A stretch of DNA of 22,729 bases from Candidatus Sigynarchaeum calidifontis (GTDB taxonomy: Archaea; Asgardarchaeota; Lokiarchaeia; Sigyniarchaeales; Sigyniarchaeaceae), in the NCBI GenBank assembly GCA_030587475.2, contig JAUQYZ020000120.1:1-22729 (forward strand). Reading direction: 5' to 3'. Positions 16,319 through 22,729 of this stretch are shown piece by piece (within the stretch, counting starts at the first letter, position 1; each line of letters opens with the position of its first letter). Below the pieces are notes generated by a model, which was not told the DNA's origin, did no database searches, and worked only from the letters and a program-made list of their open reading frames with translations. Made by a program: the position numbers and the translations under genes.

Positions 16319-17545
16319 TCAGTGAACGACCTCGCACATGTTCCTGCACAGCAAGAAGACGGCGGCCCCGATCGACACGGTATCGGTTTCATCCTTCTTG
16401 TAGGGGCCATAAATCTTGTCTTCGATTCTGAATCGAGGTACATCCGAAGACATTTTAATTTTTTCGGCGTTACCCTTGAAGACGACCGCATCGGTGAACG
16501 GGTCGAACGTGTCGAGCTGCTGGCGTGTGAGCTTGCAATTGACGAACCCGGTCTTGCCATGCAGCGTGGCCGGCGCCCGGATGAGACGGTGGATGTCGAT
16601 CGTGACGGGGACGTCGATGTTGCACTTGGTATCCTCGATAATCCTTTCGATAATGTGGTTCCAGATCCCCGGGCCGATGCCGGCGAATGACCAATTGATG
16701 TCATTATCGAGTAGCCGTTTTTTTAAACTGTCTTTGTTTGCCTTGAGCAGATCCAGATCTTTTCCTTTGATTGAACCAGGATCCTTGTTTTTTTCGATGT
16801 TTTGAATGGCATCGAGTAAACCACGGGATATTTTTCCAGCCCAGCCAGGGTCCTTGAGCGTGAATCCCATTATGTTGGTGGTTTTCACGAGAAACCCTAT
16901 CGAAGAGAGCGAGAGCCCAGTTGCCGTTATGTAATCCGCCATTTCGCGCCGGGCGTCCATACCCATTTTTCTAAAGGCATCCTTTTCTATGTGGACGTGG
17001 TACCCGCGCTGGCCGGAAAAATAGATGTCCATCGAATCGGCAGGCAAGCCGAAGTCCTTGACGAGGAAATTGTCGATCAACTTTTTCGTTTCGCTCTTTG
17101 CCTTTTCTAGGCAAGTATCACATAACCACGACCGATCGTCGAACTTGTTCGTGCCGCATTTCGGACATTTTTCGGGAGTCTTGCCCTTGCCTTGATGGCC
17201 GCATTCCTTGCATGTCCAAGCATCGTGATCGCTCTTGCATGCCGTTTCGATATGATCGCAATCGATGTCGAAGATGAGATCGCACCCCGTGTAATCTTTC
17301 AAATCCATCCTATCCTTCCAAGGAGAATTGTAGAGAGTTGCGCTGTGATATACGTGTACAGGCACGTTTTGCACCAGGAATCCCTTGTAATCCTTCGGAT
17401 CTAGAAATGCTTGATGCCGGATCATACCTTTCTTGCCCGGGATGAGGAAACCAAATTCTCTTTTGGTTAGATCCGTTGGCACGAGGGCATCGACAGCCAC
17501 TTGCCGATAATATGCTTGAAACAGCGCCTTGACGTAGTCGCTCAC
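16319..17545 (-). CDS. priS: DNA primase small (catalytic) subunit
   Basis: REFGF, DLIFDID, FSGQRGYHVH and IDVPVTIDIHRLIRAPATLHGKTG. Confidence 0.97.
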   Translation of the reverse strand: MSDYVKALFQAYYRQVAVDALVPTDLTKREFGFLIPGKKGMIRHQAFLDPKDYKGFLVQNVPVHVYHSATLYNSPWKDRMDLKDYTGCDLIFDIDCDHIETACKSDHDAWTCKECGHQGKGKTPEKCPKCGTNKFDDRSWLCDTCLEKAKSETKKLIDNFLVKDFGLPADSMDIYFSGQRGYHVHIEKDAFRKMGMDARREMADYITATGLSLSSIGFLVKTTNIMGFTLKDPGWAGKISRGLLDAIQNIEKNKDPGSIKGKDLDLLKANKDSLKKRLLDNDINWSFAGIGPGIWNHIIERIIEDTKCNIDVPVTIDIHRLIRAPATLHGKTGFVNCKLTRQQLDTFDPFTDAVVFKGNAEKIKMSSDVPRFRIEDKIYGPYKKDETDTVSIGAAVFLLCRNMCEVVH

Positions 17546-17560
17546 GCGATGTTCACCCCC

Positions 17561-18781
17561 TCAAGAATGCCGTGATCTGCCATCACCGCTGGCATCGTGT
17601 GCCGTTTCGACCGCATCGACGCCCAGGTCCTCGTCCTCATCGATAGACAAGGCCACAGGCTCGCTTGATTTCTTCGATTTATACCACATTCTTCGCCGAT
17701 AGAACGTGAGCGGGTTTTTAAAGGGGGTCTTCGGCTCGGTGCAGAATTTGCTACCGAACAGCGGATCATCCTTTTTACAAATGCCGAGGCTCTCCAAGGT
17801 CACGCAGTTATGTGGCTTGTATTGCGTTTGTTTCCCGTGCTTGCCTGCTGCGAACTCCACTTGATATTTCGTGATTTTCTCATTAAAATCTGGTTGGTTC
17901 CGGAAAAGGTCGAGCACCTCGTCAATCGTCTTCCCGATCGTGAGCAGGAAATAGACCAGGAAGAGCCGTTCGGAATGTGCCAAGTTGACCCCCTTGGCAT
18001 TCTTGTCGATGATGAATTTTATGCATGGAGGGAATGCGTTGTCGTCAACCGGCATGTTCTCGATCGCCCCAGCAGTTGAGCTCGCCAACCTCTCTTTTAC
18101 GATCGATGCGAGGTCGTCGTAAAATGGTTTGAGTAACGGATCGGTCATGAAAGCATCCTTTAATGCATCGTCGCTCGCCGCCATGCTTGGTTCGATCACC
18201 TTGAGCTTGATGATCTCTTCGAGCATGCGGACGAGATCATGCTTCCGGAGGTAGACATATCCATTCTGGAGCAGCTTATTAACGAGTTTCCATGCAGGCG
18301 ACTTGAACCGTGCGGCAACGTTCAAGAAATCTAAAAATGGAAGTCGATACGGGAATGATACGGTATTGACAACAATCATCTTATCTACCGGGACTTGTTC
18401 CGCGTTGATCGCTTGATCCCGGGCTACGAGCAGAACCGTGAGGTCATTCTCGTGTTCTAACAAGTTACCAAAATGTTTTGAAAGCAAATTTCCCATCTTG
18501 TGCGTTAGCCTGGGTGAATTCAGGAAAGCGAGAATAATACGAATCCACGGGTATAAGTATAATCCTTCATCATCATCATATCCCAACGCCTTGGTCTGTT
18601 CCTTGTTTTCAAGCGCGTCGAAAATGATTGTCCTGAGTTTTTCCAACATCGAAGCATGATTATAAAGTACTTCGATGGGAGTCACGTTTTTTTCTTGAAC
18701 TCGAGCGATGCTCGCGTTTAAGAAAGGATACTTGCAAAGCACGTTGATTGGAAGTGAAATCGGTCTTTGTTGTGCTCTCAT
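17561..18781 (-). CDS. priL: DNA primase large subunit with [4Fe-4S] C-terminal domain
   Basis: KYPFL, WKLVN..LQNGYVYL, FPPCI, HSERLFL, PDFNEKITKYQVE, NC.TL...GIC...C and KNPL.FY. Confidence 0.96.
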   Translation of the reverse strand: MRAQQRPISLPINVLCKYPFLNASIARVQEKNVTPIEVLYNHASMLEKLRTIIFDALENKEQTKALGYDDDEGLYLYPWIRIILAFLNSPRLTHKMGNLLSKHFGNLLEHENDLTVLLVARDQAINAEQVPVDKMIVVNTVSFPYRLPFLDFLNVAARFKSPAWKLVNKLLQNGYVYLRKHDLVRMLEEIIKLKVIEPSMAASDDALKDAFMTDPLLKPFYDDLASIVKERLASSTAGAIENMPVDDNAFPPCIKFIIDKNAKGVNLAHSERLFLVYFLLTIGKTIDEVLDLFRNQPDFNEKITKYQVEFAAGKHGKQTQYKPHNCVTLESLGICKKDDPLFGSKFCTEPKTPFKNPLTFYRRRMWYKSKKSSEPVALSIDEDEDLGVDAVETAHDASGDGRSRHS

Positions 18782-18940
18782 GGGATATTAATCAGCCAGG
18801 ACAATGATCGCAATGAAATGGATGGAGCGGGCGGTTCGCAAGAAATCCTACATTTCGGAAACCAACCGCTTGCACGCATGGTACGATAACATGGATTTCG
18901 GATGGTAGCCGTTGTCAAGGGTTTATGCATGATGAATATT

Positions 18941-18956
18941 GAGGAAAAAGAAGGGA
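18941..18956 (-). terminator. Oligo-T terminator candidate downstream of PCNA
   Basis: CCCTTCTTTTTCCTC on the minus strand ~45 nt after the PCNA stop. Confidence 0.35.
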
Positions 18957-18997
18957 TCCATCGCCGCGCGCTACGGTTGGCAGTTCTGGGCCCGATA

Positions 18998-19915
18998 TTA
19001 TTGCTCGCTATCGTCCCCGCCAGAATCCTCGTCATCGCCACCGGAACCAAGCTCATCCTCGACATCGCTCGCTTCGAAGTCGTCTCCAAACTCATCCTCG
19101 TTCTGTTCCTCGACCCGCGGGGCGAGAAGGTACACGATCCTGCCTTCGGTCGGGTTTCCAGCAGATGACGTGATCGCACCCTTGATCTTCATTGGAATGT
19201 TGTTTCCAAGGGCTATTTCGAAGTTATTGGTGATCGACTGGATCTTGATGATATTTTCGAGGAAATTGAGCGAGTAGATGCCCTCCGCGTCGTTCTGGAC
19301 CTTCTTGTCGAGCACGCCCTTCCCTTCGAGATCGATCTCGATGGCTACCTCGCCGGACTCGTCGGACGCGGTGAAGTTTATAACCTTCTCCGCGGACATC
19401 ACCTGCACCTTCATCAAGTCCGAGATGATGAGCGCGTTCTTCACGATGTCATCGAGCACGGGACCTTCCAGCTGGATGGTGGCGGTGAACTTGTCCTTCA
19501 GCGTGTCCTCGAACGACTCCAACAGGCCCTCCTCCTTGGCATCGTAGCCAGGGATCTCCTTGGACTTGATTTTATACGTGGTAGTCGACTTGTCGCTTTT
19601 CATCGTGATGAGAAGCGTGTTCTTGTCCTTTTTATCGAGTTTCAATTGGATCTCATCGTTGGATTTCGCACGTCGCAAGATCTTGAGGAGATCTTGAACG
19701 TTGATGCCGATCTTGGAGTCCTCCGTGCACTTGTAGTCCGTGAAGAGCTCCTTGGGGATAAAAGCCAAGAGCATTGCCACGTGGCTACTGTCGATGGCGT
19801 TGAGCTTCAAGCCAGTAGGATAGATGTACACGTATGTTTCTTCGATGAGAAAAGAGATCGCCTCGATGATTCCTTTTAAAATTCTCGAATTCTCGAGCGT
19901 TGCATTAAATTCCAT
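18998..19915 (-). CDS. pcn: DNA polymerase sliding clamp PCNA with a long acidic C-terminal tail
   Basis: GLKLNAIDSSHVAM, KIGINVQDLLKILRRAK, YSLNFL, PMKI and YLLAPRVE. Confidence 0.96.
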   Translation of the reverse strand: MEFNATLENSRILKGIIEAISFLIEETYVYIYPTGLKLNAIDSSHVAMLLAFIPKELFTDYKCTEDSKIGINVQDLLKILRRAKSNDEIQLKLDKKDKNTLLITMKSDKSTTTYKIKSKEIPGYDAKEEGLLESFEDTLKDKFTATIQLEGPVLDDIVKNALIISDLMKVQVMSAEKVINFTASDESGEVAIEIDLEGKGVLDKKVQNDAEGIYSLNFLENIIKIQSITNNFEIALGNNIPMKIKGAITSSAGNPTEGRIVYLLAPRVEEQNEDEFGDDFEASDVEDELGSGGDDEDSGGDDSEQ

Positions 19916-20130
19916 CGTGTCTCACGTGATCTTTTTACATGCAGATGATCGTATAGTCTAGGGAGGCGGCTTTTATGGATGATTATTAACTACTTGGTAA
20001 AAAGCTAGCTAGTCGATCGAATTTGTGAAAAATTACCCTTTTATGTACCTCGGCTCGTCGCGCCAATATAGTTTATTAATCGCTGTGCAATCCCGTTATC
20101 GAGATATGAATCGCGCGTGCCGTGCTTCTT

Positions 20131-21558
20131 ATGACGAAGACCATCTTCGGAACATGTGGCATCCGGAAGAAATTTACCCGTGATTTCTCGGGCCCGCAAT
20201 GGCTGGAAATCGGGATGGCCATCGGCACGTACCTGGGGAAAAATAGCGTCGTGCTCATCGGTCGCGACACGCGCCAGACGGCGGAGCTCGTGCAATACGC
20301 GTTGATATCCGGCTTGCTTTCGAGCGGCTGCGACGTTCACGTGCTCCAAGGATCCGCGGAAAGTCCCTATGTGACGACCTCGACCATCGCCTACGCCACG
20401 AAACACTTCCAAGCGAGCGCGGGCATTCAAGTCACCGCGTCGCACAACACACCCGAGTATATTGGCATCAAGATCTGGCAAAACTCGGGCATGGGCTTCA
20501 CGCCCGCGCAAGAAGAGGCGATCGACGGCATCTACGCAAGCAAGGCGTTCCGGCTCGTGCAGTGGAACGAGATCCTCAAGGTCAAGACAATCCTCAACGC
20601 CAATGACATCCACGTCAAGGCTATCCTGGACCGGATCCATACCCCCATTAGCTTCAAGGGGCGGAAGATGACGATCGCCATCGATCCCGGGAATGGCGCC
20701 GCGTGCGAGATCGCGCCGAGCTTGTTACAAAAACTTGGCGCTAACGTGGTAACCATCAACGCGCAACCAGATGGCATGTTCCCCGGGAGAGATTCGGAGC
20801 CGAACGAGGAAAACTTGCGCACGCTGCTGCGCATGATGAAAAACGATGCCGAGATGGGGCTGGGAATCGCCTATGACGGCGATGCCGACCGCGTCCGGTT
20901 CATCGACCGGAAGGGAAATCTCGTAGAAGGCGACCGGATACTGCTCCTCCTTGCCTTGTACCGCTCCAAAAACGAGAAAGGGAGCCCGTTCATCGTGACG
21001 CCCGTGAACTCGAGCACGGCGCTCGACGACGTGCTCAAGGAGAGGGGCATCACTGTCTCCCGCACCCGCATCGGCGACATCCCGGTGGCGATCCGCGTTC
21101 AAGAGATCAACGCGATGCTCGGCGGTGAAATATCCGGCACTTATACGTGGCCGGAATTCCATTTGGGCCCGGATGCCCTCTACACGACAGCAAAGTTACT
21201 CGAGATCATCGCTGAACATGGCCCGCTCGAATCGCTGCTCGAAAAGATCCCTCGATATAACGTGTTCCATGAGACCATCGAAATGGACGAACAATCAATG
21301 AAAGAATTACAAGAAGTGAATCTGGAGCAACTCGTCAATACCGTATTAAAAGATGAAGGCATCTCTGTCCTGGATAAAAACGAGACGGATGGCATCCTCG
21401 CACGGTTCGATGGTGGCTTCTTGCTCGTTCGACCATCAGGCACGTCACCCGCGATTCGTCTTACTTGCGAGCACCGGGATCCGGCGACTGCGAAGAGGCT
21501 CTTGAAGGCCACGAGGAGTAAACTTGCTCGAGATGGCTTCAAGAACACTCAAAAATAA
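20131..21558 (+). CDS. Alpha-D-phosphohexomutase (PGM/PMM or GlmM-like)
   Basis: FGTCGIR, TASHNT (phospho-Ser), DGDADR (Mg loop), GGEISG and RPSGT. ATG 20131. Confidence 0.93.
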   Translation: MTKTIFGTCGIRKKFTRDFSGPQWLEIGMAIGTYLGKNSVVLIGRDTRQTAELVQYALISGLLSSGCDVHVLQGSAESPYVTTSTIAYATKHFQASAGIQVTASHNTPEYIGIKIWQNSGMGFTPAQEEAIDGIYASKAFRLVQWNEILKVKTILNANDIHVKAILDRIHTPISFKGRKMTIAIDPGNGAACEIAPSLLQKLGANVVTINAQPDGMFPGRDSEPNEENLRTLLRMMKNDAEMGLGIAYDGDADRVRFIDRKGNLVEGDRILLLLALYRSKNEKGSPFIVTPVNSSTALDDVLKERGITVSRTRIGDIPVAIRVQEINAMLGGEISGTYTWPEFHLGPDALYTTAKLLEIIAEHGPLESLLEKIPRYNVFHETIEMDEQSMKELQEVNLEQLVNTVLKDEGISVLDKNETDGILARFDGGFLLVRPSGTSPAIRLTCEHRDPATAKRLLKATRSKLARDGFKNTQK

Positions 21559-22547
21559 ACGAGCACGAACGACAAGGCCAAGCCCGCGAACGACAAGAGC
21601 GTGTGCACGCGAAAAAATCCAGAGATCTTCTTGTCAAGCAGCCACGTCGACGCTCGCAGCTTCACGCGAGACATAACGGCCACGATGACGAGCACGATCA
21701 CGAAAAACGCCGGCACGTCGATGTACCACGTGGACGTGAACCGTGCACCACCCAGGTAAACATCGACGAGAATTGCCACGAGGCTAACGAGTCGGATGAC
21801 CCGGACAACTTTCACCCACGAGAGCTGTTTCCCCGTGTAGTCGAGGATCGGGGCCCATTTCCGCGAGACGGGATCCTCGCTGAACGCGACCGGGTCGAGG
21901 ATGAGGGGTATCGCTGCAAAGTAGGCGACCATCGCGAGGGGATTCTTCAAGCCGAAAAAGCCGAGAAAAGCAACGCCCGCGAGCCTCTCCTGGCCCTGGA
22001 ATGCGATCATGTTCTGGATGGTCGGAAAGCTGGAGAATGACCACCCGTTATTGATGAGCAAGAGCAAGGAAAAGGTCGTGATCAAGAACGTGATGAATTC
22101 GCTGAAGAAATCCTCCGCTAAATACTTCAAGTTGAAAATAGATGCCTTGCGCTTGCTCACGAAGCATAGCATCATCATCCCCACCGGGTACACCATGAGC
22201 AAACCGAACACGGCAAACAACTGGAAGTTCCCGAGGGCGTTTTCGGCCGGGGTGTTCTCTAGCAGCGAGAAACTACCCCAGGGGATGAAGAGAAAGGCCG
22301 CGAATGATGACAGGGTCCACGCGACGAGCACGAGCGTTCGAGCCGAAGCGGAGGTCGTGACGCCAGTGGAGGTTTCCTTGCTCGCATGCTTGAAGATCTC
22401 GAGTAATGGCGTGTAGATCTTGCTCTTTCGGTCACGTAATCTTTGGAACATGCCAAGCGCGAACGCACCGAAGAACACCATCGCGATGGTAAAGCAAACC
22501 GTGAAAAGGACGGATATGAGAACGCCCTCGAGCGTGTATTGCATCAT
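21549..22547 (-). CDS. Divergent NuoH/MbhM/HycD-like (complex I subunit 1 family) membrane protein
   Basis: About 8 TM helices. QRLRDRKSKIYTPLLEIFKHASKE echoes the NuoH Q.R.GP...QP..D..KL..KE loop; KNPLA and DYTG echo NP and EYSG. Overlaps the mutase 3' end by 10 nt. Confidence 0.6.
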   Translation of the reverse strand: MMQYTLEGVLISVLFTVCFTIAMVFFGAFALGMFQRLRDRKSKIYTPLLEIFKHASKETSTGVTTSASARTLVLVAWTLSSFAAFLFIPWGSFSLLENTPAENALGNFQLFAVFGLLMVYPVGMMMLCFVSKRKASIFNLKYLAEDFFSEFITFLITTFSLLLLINNGWSFSSFPTIQNMIAFQGQERLAGVAFLGFFGLKNPLAMVAYFAAIPLILDPVAFSEDPVSRKWAPILDYTGKQLSWVKVVRVIRLVSLVAILVDVYLGGARFTSTWYIDVPAFFVIVLVIVAVMSRVKLRASTWLLDKKISGFFRVHTLLSFAGLALSFVLVYF

Positions 22548-22729
22548 CTTGCCTCGCCTTCGACGCCCGGTATGGTACCGGAGCCTCGCATCGTGCTACC
22601 TATACAATCGTTTTCGACCTTTTTTAGGTATGCTCCAGGAATCGATGGACCCATCGAGCGGTATCACGCAGGATGCGGCAACGTGCTTTCTGGATCTGCC
22701 AGCGGAATGGGCGCGTCACCATCGCTTAT

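Noticed and set aside
16318-16704. N-terminal extension of gins15, or a priS-gins frameshift fusion
   Set aside because: It is an alternative frame of the priS 3' end. priS has its own stop, and gins15 has an ATG immediately after it.
18929-18945. C/D-box sRNA (ATGATGA C-box-like)
   Set aside because: No downstream CTGA D box at a suitable spacing.
22548-22729. Possible 3' end of an upstream minus-strand gene (…PLADPESTLPHPA*)
   Set aside because: Too short and featureless to support a call.

Overview
This is a gene-dense, GC-rich archaeal window. Archaeal informational genes together with a longin/uDENN-like protein, a small 7TM protein and several glycosidases point to an Asgard archaeon (Lokiarchaeia/Sigynarchaeales-like); this is inference from recalled motifs, not a search. 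The left end holds a rubrerythrin on the minus strand (truncated by the window edge and missing from the ORF track) and hdrC-hdrB. A putative sialoglycan-degrading cluster follows: SASA O-acetylesterase, longin-like/winged-helix protein, GH36/27-clan-like glycosidase, GH4 and a 5TM-anchored GH33 sialidase. Next come a low-GC 7TM gene, a UroD/MtaA-family gene and aIF2alpha-nop10. Converging on these is the string PCNA-priL-priS-gins15, which continues through overlapping start/stop codons into an uncharacterised 2x[4Fe-4S] protein, a Cys/His-motif partner and a membrane M28 peptidase with an in-frame TGA. The right end holds a phosphohexomutase and a degenerate NuoH-like membrane protein. No rRNA, tRNA, CRISPR array or mobile element was recognised.
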